A stretch of DNA of 63,920 nt, counting the filler, from Lama guanicoe (lineage: Eukaryota), in assembly GCA_013239625.1 (NCBI GenBank). It is 166 parts of 166 records of this genome, joined end to end, with 100 filler letters (N's around TTAATTAATTAA, not from the genome) between each part and the next. Parts side by side here need not be neighbours in the genome. Positions count along the whole stretch, not along the records: positions 1 to 285 come from PNXV01053069.1; positions 386 to 670 come from PNXV01053070.1; positions 771 to 1,055 come from PNXV01053071.1; positions 1,156 to 1,440 come from PNXV01053072.1; positions 1,541 to 1,825 come from PNXV01053073.1; positions 1,926 to 2,209 come from PNXV01053074.1; positions 2,310 to 2,594 come from PNXV01053075.1; positions 2,695 to 2,979 come from PNXV01053076.1; 158 more parts are not named here. The stretch is one strand, 5' to 3'. The translations under genes were made by a program, and so were the position numbers. The notes under the pieces are model-generated. The model saw only the letters and a program-made list of their open reading frames with translations. It made no database searches and was not told the DNA's origin. Below, in pieces: positions 1-12,218 of this stretch; positions within the stretch are counted from its first letter, which is position 1, and every line of letters starts with the position of its first letter.

Positions 1-111
1 ATAAATAAGCCAGAAAAAGTACATGGGGGAACCCAGGGACCGGCTGGCCACGATGGTCACCATAATAAGCATGTTGCCCGCTATGGTCACGAGGTAGATG
101 AGTAAGAAAAT
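1..111 (-). pseudogene. Olfactory receptor family 4 (OR4A/OR4C-like) pseudogene fragment, TM1 to start of TM2
   Basis: Minus strand reads [33 protein letters not shown], with the GN and PMYFF olfactory receptor motifs; SLGSPMYFF is typical of OR4. After PMYFF the expected LAYLS lies in a shifted frame (1-bp deletion). Upstream there is no ATG before an in-frame TAG. Confidence 0.88.
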
Positions 112-285
112 TGGACTTCTGCAGTATTTATTGTTCAGGAAAAGAGAAATATTCACCTAGAGACCCTAAAGAAGTATCACTGAGGTTTGACACAATTAAG
201 GACAGAGAACATCTATTTATGGTTTGATCTATTCACACTGATAATGTAAATCACCTTAAGTGAGTCTCAAGTATTATACTTTTGT

Positions 286-385
286 NNNNNNNNNNNNNNN
301 NNNNNNNNNNNNNNNNNNNNNNNNNNNNNTTAATTAATTAANNNNNNNNNNNNNNNNNNNNNNNNNNNNNNNNNNNNNNNNNNNN
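286..385. other. Synthetic linker N44-TTAATTAATTAA-N44 (first instance; repeated through the window)
   Basis: N at 286-329, TTAATTAATTAA at 330-341, N at 342-385. The 12-mer is palindromic with TAA in all three frames on each strand and contains PacI sites. The pattern is the same at the other junctions. Confidence 0.99.
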
Positions 386-670
386 ATTTGGCATGGAGTA
401 GGGGCGGGGCTGTTCCACGGTCTTCCCCGAGCCCGCCTTCGGAGCGCCGACCCAAGGCGGAGCGGCAGCTGCACAGAGCAGCAGAGCGACTGGCGCCAGG
501 AAAGGGCAGGTGGCCACTCGCCTTCCTGGCAGGAACACAGCTCATGACCACAGTGCTGGGAGGGCGCACCATCCGCCCACCTGCCTTAACTGAGCGCAGC
601 ATCTGACTGCAGCATCAGGACGGGGAGTGACCCGCCCGCCCACTGGGTAAGAGCTCAGCATCTGACCCAG
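386..670. repeat. GC/CpG-rich segment with an internal degenerate repeat, possibly a young L1 5'UTR
   Basis: CpG-rich. The motif CCGCCCAC...CAGCATCTGAC occurs twice (about 573-607 and 636-666). No recognisable protein. Confidence 0.35.
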
Positions 671-1540
671 NNNNNNNNNNNNNNNNNNNNNNNNNNNNNN
701 NNNNNNNNNNNNNNTTAATTAATTAANNNNNNNNNNNNNNNNNNNNNNNNNNNNNNNNNNNNNNNNNNNNAAGAAAGGCAAGCCAATGTAATGGTGTTTT
801 ACCAAGCTGATCACCATTTTGTAACAAGTGTGACTGAATGCTTAGCAGCATGGCAGCATCTTGTAGAAGTGCACATGAACGGTGTCATATTATAAAAACC
901 TGATTGGAGTAGGGATAGGGCGAGGCGAATTTATCTTCTAGCTTCCATGTCCTGTTGATAAAGGCTGACTGCATTAAGTGTTAACTTGTCCTATTTCTCG
1001 GTTGCCCATACATGAGTACCAAGTAGGTTCTACAGGACCTTAAGACAGGGTCAACNNNNNNNNNNNNNNNNNNNNNNNNNNNNNNNNNNNNNNNNNNNNT
1101 TAATTAATTAANNNNNNNNNNNNNNNNNNNNNNNNNNNNNNNNNNNNNNNNNNNNGGCTCCTGTCTCCAGCCACCCTGTCTTTGCCGGGTCCCGGGTGCC
1201 TTGCTGGCCCGTCCTGGCCATTGCTCAGAGGTTAGGAGCGCGCTTGTCCAGACAGCACGTGCTGAGGGGCCAAGGTCCTTGCTCCTGGGAACACCAGCGG
1301 GCTGCAGGTGTCCAGGGATCACAGGTGATTGGGGTAACGGAGGATTGCTGGGAGCTAGGAGAGCACCCTTGAATCCACCCTTGAAGCCACATGGTCCACC
1401 CCACTATCAACATGGTCTTCATCATCTCAAGCCTAACATGNNNNNNNNNNNNNNNNNNNNNNNNNNNNNNNNNNNNNNNNNNNNTTAATTAATTAANNNN
1501 NNNNNNNNNNNNNNNNNNNNNNNNNNNNNNNNNNNNNNNN

Positions 1541-1825
1541 TTGAATATTCTTGCCTCTTTTGTCCTAGATTAATTGACTGTAACTGCATGGGTATATTTC
1601 TAGGCTCTATTCTGTTCCATTGACCTGTGCATCTGTTTCTGTGCCAGTGCCATGCTGTTCTTCTTTCTGTAGTTTTGTTGGATAGTTTGAAGTGAGGACA
1701 CACAATACGTCCATCTCTGTTCTTCTTTCTGAAGATTGCTTTGGCTATTCAGGTCTCTATTTCCATACAAATTTTAGAATCATTTGTTCTACTTCTGTGA
1801 AAAATGCCATTGGTATTTTAATAGG
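1541..1825 (-). mobile_element. LINE-1 ORF2 fragment, degenerate
   Basis: Minus-strand translation includes AWHWHRNR..QWNRIE, matching the L1 ORF2 WYW..NR..DQWNRIE motif. Confidence 0.9.
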
Positions 1826-1925
1826 NNNNNNNNNNNNNNNNNNNNNNNNNNNNNNNNNNNNNNNNNNNNTTAATTAATTAANNNNNNNNNNNNNNNNNNN
1901 NNNNNNNNNNNNNNNNNNNNNNNNN

Positions 1926-2209
1926 TTAATCTTCAACAAAGGAGGCAAGAATATACAATGGAGAAAAAACAAATTCTTTGACGAGTAGTGTTGGGAAAGC
2001 TGGACAGCCGCATATCAATCAATGAAGTTAGATCACTTCCTCACACAATACACAAAAATAAATTCAAAATGGCTTAAAGATTTAAATATAAGGCAAAACA
2101 CGATAAAACTCCTAGAAGAAAACATAGGCAAAACATTCTGTGATATAAATCATAGCAATATTCTCCTATGGCAGTCTACCCAGACAATAGAAATAAAAGC
2201 AAAAATAAA
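1926..2209 (+). mobile_element. LINE-1 ORF2 C-terminal fragment
   Basis: Reads MKLDHFLTQYTKINSKWLKDLNIRQNTIKLLEENIGKT, a canonical L1 ORF2 segment. An upstream stop is present. Confidence 0.95.
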
Positions 2210-2844
2210 NNNNNNNNNNNNNNNNNNNNNNNNNNNNNNNNNNNNNNNNNNNNTTAATTAATTAANNNNNNNNNNNNNNNNNNNNNNNNNNNNNNNNNNN
2301 NNNNNNNNNTATTAAATTAAACATTTTAAATGATAAAAGGAACCCATGGTTATTTTTAAATACATTTTGTGCAATATAGAAAATCAGCTTTTTCATGGTT
2401 TCTGTTCAGGAGATGCCTGGGCAGCAAGGCCAGGAGCGCAGGGCGCAGGGGCCAGTGCTGAGGGGGCTGCGGTACGTGACTTGCTGTGTGTGTGGGTGTG
2501 ACGTTGCCGCCATTGCTGCCCTTCCTTTGCTGTGTATTGGGCAGGGTTCCTGGCTCCTCTGGCCCAGGGTACGATTGAAATCCAGACCCTAGTCNNNNNN
2601 NNNNNNNNNNNNNNNNNNNNNNNNNNNNNNNNNNNNNNTTAATTAATTAANNNNNNNNNNNNNNNNNNNNNNNNNNNNNNNNNNNNNNNNNNNNTGATAT
2701 CTGTACAAATACTTAAAACAGCATCTGACACGTAGTTAGAAGCATATAAGTGTCAGTGAAATAAATGAAACTGGAGAGGGTGGCACTCCAGGTCCTGGCT
2801 CAACCCACAGAGGAGTTGTGGAAGAGACAGGAGTGAAGACTGGA

Positions 2845-2979
2845 TGCATTTTTTTCCTATCACTGCTGCAACAAATGATGATAATCTTAGTGGCTTAAAG
2901 CAAAACAGCTTTATTCCCTTACCTTTCTGCAGGTCAGAAGCTTAAACTCAGGATACTGGCAAGCCTGTCCTTCTGGAGG
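2845..2979. mobile_element. MaLR (MLT1-type) LTR fragment
   Basis: ctgctgcaacaaat...cttagtggcttaaagcaa...ttctgcaggtcagaag matches the MLT1 LTR end as I recall the consensus. Confidence 0.7.
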
Positions 2980-4116
2980 NNNNNNNNNNNNNNNNNNNNN
3001 NNNNNNNNNNNNNNNNNNNNNNNTTAATTAATTAANNNNNNNNNNNNNNNNNNNNNNNNNNNNNNNNNNNNNNNNNNNNAGTTAAGACACTTGTGTGGTT
3101 ATTCTGGTGTAAAGAGATAAAAGCATGCTCTCCCTGGAAGAACGGGACCAGGAAGGAGACAAGTACATAGTGAAGCCATTTCTATCCAAGACATGGTGCC
3201 TGTGAGAGATAAAGAATGAGGAGTTTATTTAGGAGATAGAACATGGTAGGGACATAGAAAACAATGGGCAGACGGTAACCATCAACCTGTTAAGCACTTT
3301 CTTCCTTGTTGATGGAAGGTCTGAGCTTCTTTGATAAGTGTGTATTTTTTGTGACTTTGCTGAGNNNNNNNNNNNNNNNNNNNNNNNNNNNNNNNNNNNN
3401 NNNNNNNNTTAATTAATTAANNNNNNNNNNNNNNNNNNNNNNNNNNNNNNNNNNNNNNNNNNNNCACTCTCTGACCCTGTCCCGTCTTGCTGCATTCAGC
3501 CCTCTGGACAGTTAAGCATTTCTGTAGCGAATCCCTCTCTTACGAGGGAAGTTTCTGTGTTTGGAAAGAGTTAACTGTCTGAATCATATCACTGAATAGG
3601 ATAGACCTGGGGAAAGGCTAGCGCGGCCAGCTTCTTGCTTTGTACTCATTCTTAGTAAATACATGCTTCTCTTCTGTTCTCTGTGCTTAGATGTAGTCTG
3701 CACAGGATATTGTAACAGTTACACGTGGGTTTACCTCGGAAGACCTAGANNNNNNNNNNNNNNNNNNNNNNNNNNNNNNNNNNNNNNNNNNNNTTAATTA
3801 ATTAANNNNNNNNNNNNNNNNNNNNNNNNNNNNNNNNNNNNNNNNNNNNGAGAAGCGACTGCATTTGTCTTCCAAACAATGTCCAGGCTGAAACTGCTCC
3901 CAGACTGAAGTCGCATGATAGAAAGACCCAGAGTGGAGGAGATGGTGAGCAAAGGGAGGAGGCAGCCAAGCATGCCCTGGGGCAGTGGATGGAGGCTCTG
4001 GAGGAAGCTGGTCCTTTCAGAGGATAGAACCACCCAGAGGCACTAACAGCGAGTCTGAACATGAAAACACTGCTTTTCAAAAAGAGGTCTCAATAGATTT
4101 CTCTGTAAAACTACAG

Positions 4117-4134
4117 GTGTGTGTGTGTGTGTGT
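4117..4134 (+). repeat. (GT)n microsatellite at a contig end
   Basis: A gtgtgt run continues up to the linker. Confidence 0.9.
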
Positions 4135-4619
4135 NNNNNNNNNNNNNNNNNNNNNNNNNNNNNNNNNNNNNNNNNNNNTTAATTAATTAANNNNNNNNNN
4201 NNNNNNNNNNNNNNNNNNNNNNNNNNNNNNNNNNCCTAGAGGCTTTGGGGCGGAGGAATAAAATTTGAAAATGCTTCTGTTATCCCATTTACCAATTACT
4301 CCATTTTATTAGCCCTTTTTAAATAAAAAAAAAAATCACTGTTCCCCGTGTCATGCAGTTTGATAACTTTGACCTTTCAAACACATTTGATTCAAAGAAG
4401 AGGGGAAGAGGCGGCCCTTTAATAGTCACTCAGTGCTCAGGCAGCCCCAGGGGCTCAGCTGCTGCTCTCCGTCCCTGGCCACTCCGCCAGGCTCTGGTTT
4501 CATGCTGTAGGTGGTTTGGNNNNNNNNNNNNNNNNNNNNNNNNNNNNNNNNNNNNNNNNNNNNTTAATTAATTAANNNNNNNNNNNNNNNNNNNNNNNNN
4601 NNNNNNNNNNNNNNNNNNN

Positions 4620-4904
4620 GAAATAAATTCATGCACCTATGGTCAGTTAGTAAAAGACAAAGTAGGCAAGAATATATAATGTTGAAATGACAGTCTCTTG
4701 AACAAGTGGTGCTGGGAGAACTGGACAGGTATGTGTAAAGCAGTGAAATTAGAACATTCCTTCACACCGTAAACAAAAAGAAATGCAAAATGGTTTGAAG
4801 ACCTAAATGTAACTCTGAAAACCATAAAACTCTTAGAAGAGAACGTAGCCAGAACACTCACTGATGTAAACTGTAGCAGTATTTTTCTGGATCTGTCTCC
4901 TAAG
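4620..4904 (+). mobile_element. LINE-1 ORF2 fragment
   Basis: aacaagtggtgctgggagaactgg...aaatggtttgaagacctaaatgtaa...aaactcttagaagagaac, homologous to 1926-2209. Confidence 0.92.
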
Positions 4905-5853
4905 NNNNNNNNNNNNNNNNNNNNNNNNNNNNNNNNNNNNNNNNNNNNTTAATTAATTAANNNNNNNNNNNNNNNNNNNNNNNNNNNNNNNNNNNNNNNN
5001 NNNNAACAAAACCAAGCAAATAAGAAACCAGCTACCTCCCCATCGGGAAGAGACCAGCCACGGTTCACGAGCCACTGCTGGCCAGACCCCAGTTCTGTGA
5101 ACCTGCAGCCTTTCCCAGAGCCCAGTCTAATTGTCCCAGGGCCTGAGAGGGCTCTGTCCTCATGCTCAGAATCCCACAGCAGGGCAGTCCCGTCTGAGCC
5201 CTGCGTCACCTTCCGGATGACTCAGAACGTGTCAGACGAGGACAAGTGGCAGCTGGTGGATCACCATCACGCTGTCTTCTTCCAGACGGNNNNNNNNNNN
5301 NNNNNNNNNNNNNNNNNNNNNNNNNNNNNNNNNTTAATTAATTAANNNNNNNNNNNNNNNNNNNNNNNNNNNNNNNNNNNNNNNNNNNNAAAGATTTAGC
5401 TGCATATGTTGGAAAGACGTTGCACTTATTTGGGTCCCTGAAGATAGAAAGAAATGCATAATAAGCCTCTCTGTTACTTTGGAATTGTTTTATTTGCAAT
5501 TCGGTTCACCAAAAGCTTAATTAGTGCTCTTTAGAGCAAAGAAGTAATGCCTGGTATAGCTCGCTATCTATCCATAGCAAAATTAAAAAGAAAACCATAA
5601 GGTGTGAAGACTTGGAGACACTTAGAGTGTATCAATTATTTATATTAACATTCGTTATCTGATTAAAAGGCAGGNNNNNNNNNNNNNNNNNNNNNNNNNN
5701 NNNNNNNNNNNNNNNNNNTTAATTAATTAANNNNNNNNNNNNNNNNNNNNNNNNNNNNNNNNNNNNNNNNNNNNAAGGAGATGATTGCCGTTAAAAGTCA
5801 GGTCAGGGTTGTTCCCGGTTAGAGGGGAGAGTTTTGATTAACAGCAGTACGTA

Positions 5854-6008
5854 GGGGGAGAGGGTATTGCTCAGTGGCAGAGTGTGTGCTCAGCATGCAG
5901 GAGGTCCTGGGTCCAATCCCCAGTACCTCCATTAAAAAAAATAATAATAATAATAAATTAAATTGCCTTCTCCCCGCCCCTCTTCCCACCCCCACTCCCC
6001 AAAAACAA
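5854..6008 (+). mobile_element. tRNA(Ala)-derived SINE, vic-1 type (Camelidae)
   Basis: tRNA-like head GGGGAGAGGGTATTGCTCAGTGGCAGAG...AGCATGCAGGAGGTCCTGGGTCCAATCCCCAGTACCTCCA with A and B boxes, followed by an A/(AAT)n tract and a C-rich tail. This is the vic-1 architecture. Confidence 0.85.
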
Positions 6009-6929
6009 CGGTATGTGGAGTGCTGTTGGAAAGCAAGAATGTTCTTTAATTGTCCTTGGNNNNNNNNNNNNNNNNNNNNNNNNNNNNNNNNNNNNNNNNN
6101 NNNTTAATTAATTAANNNNNNNNNNNNNNNNNNNNNNNNNNNNNNNNNNNNNNNNNNNNAATTTGATGCAGGCAGTCTGATTCTAAAACCCAACTAAATT
6201 ACTATAATTGAGACACGGATTATAAGAGTGTAGTGAGTTCTGTGAAAGGTAGAGAATATATAACATGCGTGGTTACCTGAGTTCTGAACGTTAAATATTA
6301 CGGTCTTGGAAGCCAGAGCAAAGGCCCTACTGGGTAAGCTCTGCACTGAGAAAACACCTACTTGAGAAGCAGAGTGAAATCCACCACTTTCCAATCGGTC
6401 TACATTGCTTGCTTGGTCATTCATTATCAGAGACAGAGATCCACNNNNNNNNNNNNNNNNNNNNNNNNNNNNNNNNNNNNNNNNNNNNTTAATTAATTAA
6501 NNNNNNNNNNNNNNNNNNNNNNNNNNNNNNNNNNNNNNNNNNNNTAAAGCTATTGATCTTACTGTTTCTACTTTATTCCAGTAATTGAAAGTAGTAATCA
6601 TGCTTGGTCTCAGAGTCGTTCTCCAAGGAGAAGGTCACAGGACTGACACCTTACAAAAACAGCCTGAATCACCAAGAAGACCACACCTCGAGTGCTTAGA
6701 TAAAGAGAGCTAACTGCTAGCCTCTACGGAACTGGTCGCCTGGAGGCATCACAACACCATTCTAAATCTTCTGATGAGAGAATGATTCTGTTGATTGTTA
6801 TCCATGCTTTATTGTTTGAGCTATGGCTANNNNNNNNNNNNNNNNNNNNNNNNNNNNNNNNNNNNNNNNNNNNTTAATTAATTAANNNNNNNNNNNNNNN
6901 NNNNNNNNNNNNNNNNNNNNNNNNNNNNN

Positions 6930-7153
6930 GTGCTTTGAGGACGGAGGAAGGGGCCATGAACCAAGGAATGCAGGCAGCCCTTAAAAAGCCAGAAGAAAGG
7001 AAACATTCTCCCCTAAAGTCTCCAGTAGGAACGTGCCTGGCCAGCACCTTGATTTTAGACCTTTGACCACCAGAAACCTAAGATAATAAATCACTGCCAT
7101 TTTAGCCACCCACTTTGAGGTGGTTTGTCTCAGCAGCCCCAAGAAAGTCATAC
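6930..7153 (+). mobile_element. MaLR MLT1D-like LTR 3' portion
   Basis: gaggaaggggccatgaaccaaggaatgcaggcagcc...caccttgattttag...aagataataaat...cagcagcc. Confidence 0.8.
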
Positions 7154-7714
7154 ATGGGGCTCCTTGGAGAAAGGGAACGTGCCGTCATCCTCTCAGCTCC
7201 TCCCCTCTGTGGTCNNNNNNNNNNNNNNNNNNNNNNNNNNNNNNNNNNNNNNNNNNNNTTAATTAATTAANNNNNNNNNNNNNNNNNNNNNNNNNNNNNN
7301 NNNNNNNNNNNNNNAGTGTGACCCATAATGAGGAAAACACACACTGGGGTTAGTAAGTTCTGGGATGATTGTTTCAAAATTCAATATCACAATCAGTGTA
7401 TTCTGAGTCTTGTGAAAAGATAAACACTTGGGAATAGTAAGGTCCATTTAAGGAAAGGACTGTGAGCTATGAAGACATTAAAATGAAAATAAAAGGCATT
7501 TTATTGGTCCAGGAAAAGACAATTTGATCAATGGAACAGAAAAGAAAGTCTGGAAACAAACCCATGTACATATGAGAATTTAATATTTGCTAAAAAAAAN
7601 NNNNNNNNNNNNNNNNNNNNNNNNNNNNNNNNNNNNNNNNNNNTTAATTAATTAANNNNNNNNNNNNNNNNNNNNNNNNNNNNNNNNNNNNNNNNNNNNT
7701 TTTCATAAAGCTGG

Positions 7715-7984
7715 TGCTGTGGACTGAATTGTGTTCCACTCTCCCTAAGTTCATATAAAGCCTTAGTGCCTAATGTGGCTGGATTTGGAGATAAGGACCT
7801 ATAAAAATATTAATTCAGGTTAAATGAGTTTATAAAGGTGAGACCCAGATCCGATAGGATCAGTCTTCTTATGAGAAGAGACACTAGAGAACCTTCTCTA
7901 CCTCTGTCTCTCTGTCTCTGTGTCTCTTTCTTTTCCCACCTTGTGAAGACACAGGAAGAAGGTGACTGCCTTCAAGCCAGGAGG
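7715..7984 (+). mobile_element. MaLR MLT1A/B-like LTR 5' portion
   Basis: tgctgtggactgaattgtgtt...atttggagataagg...ttatgagaagagacac...tgtgaagacacag...caagccag. Confidence 0.8.
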
Positions 7985-10900
7985 NNNNNNNNNNNNNNNN
8001 NNNNNNNNNNNNNNNNNNNNNNNNNNNNTTAATTAATTAANNNNNNNNNNNNNNNNNNNNNNNNNNNNNNNNNNNNNNNNNNNNCCGCCCTTGGTGACAC
8101 ATTCGGAGTCACTGTCCTGCTAACCAGGAGAAATAGTCTGTGTTTTCCAATCTGGCTTAGTAGGGCTCACACTTACGTCCATCAGGATAAAACCAAAGTA
8201 AATGTTCCTTTTCACAGCTCAACATTTATTGTTCCCAGATAAAACTTTCCCAGAATTTTCTACAATAAAGTTACTCTTCTGGGGTCAAGCCTGTGTTGGG
8301 TGAATTCAATTCTCTGTTAAAACTGATCCAAGAAGAAAATGTTTTCACAGCAACAGATGTATTTTAAAGNNNNNNNNNNNNNNNNNNNNNNNNNNNNNNN
8401 NNNNNNNNNNNNNTTAATTAATTAANNNNNNNNNNNNNNNNNNNNNNNNNNNNNNNNNNNNNNNNNNNNGGGGGGGGGAACGGGGGTGTTCTGGACCATG
8501 CTGGCAGCCCTGAGGCCAGGCCTGGAAAGGACCAAGAGGGGAAAAGAGGCAGAGAGTGCATGCCCGTTCCTACCCATACCCCGTGACAGGAGCAGGAGGG
8601 CAGCAAATGCAGCAACACTCAGTAGCACCGGGGAACACGCCAAAACATGACACAGCCGCACACCTTTGCAAATGACCAGAACCTGCAGCCAAACACACAG
8701 ACCCTTCCCAGCTCCCCGGCTGACAGCAGGACCGGCCAAGCTTTCTAAGCTTGANNNNNNNNNNNNNNNNNNNNNNNNNNNNNNNNNNNNNNNNNNNNTT
8801 AATTAATTAANNNNNNNNNNNNNNNNNNNNNNNNNNNNNNNNNNNNNNNNNNNNTAAGAATGGTCAGTGTGACCTGCATCTCTGGGACTTAGTCAAAGAG
8901 CAAGCATCACCTATTAGGGGCCAGACGAGCCCTCCTGATTCCAGGCAGATGGAATCAAGGCAGTTCCCAAGAGGAGAAGAAAGATACAAAAACACTGGTC
9001 ACTAAACATAATTTTAATTTGCCCTTGTTTCTTAAAATACCAGTAAAATATGCAAATGTCTTTGGATGATGATGCATGTATATCTGTTTTGGGCTTCTCG
9101 AAATGTTTACATACTGTGAGATAAATGCTCATAAAAAAANNNNNNNNNNNNNNNNNNNNNNNNNNNNNNNNNNNNNNNNNNNNTTAATTAATTAANNNNN
9201 NNNNNNNNNNNNNNNNNNNNNNNNNNNNNNNNNNNNNNNCTCATCTTGGTTACCCCAGGATCTAGTACACAGCAATAATTTTAGCAATCAAAGCAAATAT
9301 TTGTTCACACAGTATCTGTTTCGCCGGCAGCTCCCGGAGACTGAGTATACACCAGTGAACCAAGGAAGTGGACGTGAGGGGAGCCGGCCATAGGCTGGGT
9401 GTGATGCAAAAGGGTGGGGACCGGGCGAGAGGAGGGTTTGAAGAATGGCCAGAGCAGACCATGCAGGGCTGTGTCAGCTGTATGATGGGGAACCACTGAA
9501 GGTTTCAGGCAGGCATCACAGTTTNNNNNNNNNNNNNNNNNNNNNNNNNNNNNNNNNNNNNNNNNNNNTTAATTAATTAANNNNNNNNNNNNNNNNNNNN
9601 NNNNNNNNNNNNNNNNNNNNNNNNAGGCTGGTGTCCGAAACCCAGCGTCTGACCCCAGGCCTGCCCCCTACACACACCTCATCACTCCTCAGGGATGGAA
9701 AGCCAATTCTCCCACTCCCATAGTGGAGACCCTAACCCAGGTGGCCCACATAGAGTTAGTAAATACACCTGGGCGCCTTTAAATCCAGTTTCTCATCAAA
9801 ATCTCAGATTGTTCCAAGTTAGGAGTCTAGCAAACACTTTGTAAAAGATGGTTCTGACCGAAGACGGCTGCATCTGAATCTCCAGGCCACCAGTGTGTCC
9901 CAGCCTCCANNNNNNNNNNNNNNNNNNNNNNNNNNNNNNNNNNNNNNNNNNNNTTAATTAATTAANNNNNNNNNNNNNNNNNNNNNNNNNNNNNNNNNNN
10001 NNNNNNNNNCCTCTCTGTGGGGCATGCTCTCACCTTGGGGCACCGGTTTGTGGTTCTCCTTTGGCTCAGGTCCTAGTGCCCTCAACCCTCCTGAAGGACT
10101 TCAGTCGCCCCAGCCAGCTCTACTCCTGTCTGACAACAGCTGTTCTGAACGGGTTTCAGGGCTGTAAGCACAGCCAGCTCTAAGGGATGGTTACCAGATG
10201 TGTTAACCCATCCTCTCTCCTGCCCTTCCATCCAGGCCTGCCCATCCTCTCCCCACAGCGCCTTCCATGTGGTCCCCTTGTTTCAGCCTCTGCCNNNNNN
10301 NNNNNNNNNNNNNNNNNNNNNNNNNNNNNNNNNNNNNNTTAATTAATTAANNNNNNNNNNNNNNNNNNNNNNNNNNNNNNNNNNNNNNNNNNNNTTTGGG
10401 TATTAATGAAAGTTTGTATGTAAGATCCAGTGAAATTAAGTGGGTTTTTTTTTTAAATCTTAGTGAATCTATTACTATTTTGTTTTCAATTTAGAAGCAA
10501 AGTTAACTCTTATATATTCAGGTGTGAAATTAATCATTAGCCCAAAGGAAAATAGACTTTCACAGAGGAATATACAGTTTTAATTGCTTGGTGTGGGGGG
10601 TGTTCCCTCCAGTGCTACCTTCAGATACGCATAGATTCTGTGGTCAGGGGAGGATTATGTCCCTCAGGAGAGACTTGACNNNNNNNNNNNNNNNNNNNNN
10701 NNNNNNNNNNNNNNNNNNNNNNNTTAATTAATTAANNNNNNNNNNNNNNNNNNNNNNNNNNNNNNNNNNNNNNNNNNNNAAAAAAAGTTTACTATTATTG
10801 TAAACAGCAAAACTTGCACTTGAATGTTATATCAAAATCCCACTTTCGCTACAGCCTGGGAGATGCGGTTTTGTGTTCTTTCATTTCTTGTGTTTAAAAT

Positions 10901-11164
10901 GAGATGGACACGCTCAGTCCTCATTCAGTGTCTTGCAGGGTCATTAGTTTATTGTGTGCAGAAGTGAGAAAGGCCAGCCTTCTCTGAAGGACGTGCCCAC
11001 GTCCACCTTCCACAGAAACTTTTATTTCAGTGTCATTAAGCTGGACGAGGAGCTGAGGCAGCCCNNNNNNNNNNNNNNNNNNNNNNNNNNNNNNNNNNNN
11101 NNNNNNNNTTAATTAATTAANNNNNNNNNNNNNNNNNNNNNNNNNNNNNNNNNNNNNNNNNNNN

Positions 11165-11449
11165 TTTTTTTTTAAATGAGCCAAGAATTACAATGGGGAA
11201 AGGACAGTTTCTTCAGTGAATGGTATTGGGAAAATGGGACATCCACATGCAGAAAGAATGAAACTGGACCCCTATCTTACACAATAAACAAAAATCAACT
11301 CAAAATGGGTTAAAAGACTTGAACTGAATGTAAGACCTAAAACTGTAAAAATCCCCGAAGAAAACACAGGGGATAAACTCGTCATCGTTCTAGGCAATGA
11401 CTTTTGGATCTGACACCAAAAACAAAGGCAACAAAAGCAAAAACAAACA
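11165..11449 (+). mobile_element. LINE-1 ORF2 fragment
   Basis: aatgaaactggacccctatcttacac...aaaatcaactcaaaatgg, homologous to 1926-2209. Confidence 0.92.
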
Positions 11450-11549
11450 NNNNNNNNNNNNNNNNNNNNNNNNNNNNNNNNNNNNNNNNNNNNTTAATTA
11501 ATTAANNNNNNNNNNNNNNNNNNNNNNNNNNNNNNNNNNNNNNNNNNNN

Positions 11550-11595
11550 ATGTGGACCTGCTCAATTCAAAGCCATGCTGTTTAAGGGTGAACTG
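11550..11595. mobile_element. Tigger2-like DNA transposon terminal inverted repeat remnant
   Basis: tggacctgctcaattcaaagccatgctgtttaagggtgaactg resembles the Tigger2 terminus as recalled. Confidence 0.55.
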
Positions 11596-11934
11596 TGTGG
11601 TTTTAGAGTACCCTTTACTTTACAACTAGATTAGCCCTCCTCCTGAGGTGTGGCCTTTCTGGTGTCTACCCAGTCACCAGCGTGTTCAGCGAGGTCTCGC
11701 CGGTCTCACTCGCGGCAGCCTCAACACGGACGAGCCCTGTGGGAGATCAGTGGTTGTGCAGTGGGCTCGTCCCTGTCACTTCCTCCTCCATGTTTTGTAT
11801 TCCCACCCTCTGCATGTCCTCGGGGTGTCCCATGNNNNNNNNNNNNNNNNNNNNNNNNNNNNNNNNNNNNNNNNNNNNTTAATTAATTAANNNNNNNNNN
11901 NNNNNNNNNNNNNNNNNNNNNNNNNNNNNNNNNN

Positions 11935-12218
11935 TACAAGATATTGAATATAGTTCCTTATGCTATACAGAAGAAACTTGTTTTTATCTATTTTTATATA
12001 AAGTGGTTAGCCTTTGCAAATTTCAGACTCCCAATTTTATCCCTTCCCATCCCTTTCCCCTGGTAATCATAAAACTGTTTATTAATGTGCAAATCTGTTT
12101 CTTTTCTGTAGATGAGTTCATTAGTGTCCTCTATTTTTCTTTAAGATTCCACATGTAAGTCATGTAATATGGTATTTTTCTTCCTCTTTCTGGCTTACTT
12201 CACTTAGAATAACAATCT
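11935..12218 (-). mobile_element. LINE-1 3' end (cetartiodactyl-type 3'UTR)
   Basis: atattgaatatagttcc..tgctatacag...agattccacatgtaagt...tggcttacttcacttagaat; reverse-complement homolog of 59860-60057. Confidence 0.88.

Noticed and set aside
5856..5931. tRNA-Ala gene
   Set aside because: The B box and stems are degenerate and a SINE-type A-rich and C-rich tail follows, so it is a SINE head.
11031..11064. Possible exon start VIKLDEELRQP after ttttatttcag
   Set aside because: Only 34 bp before the contig end and no recognisable homology; too little to support a call.
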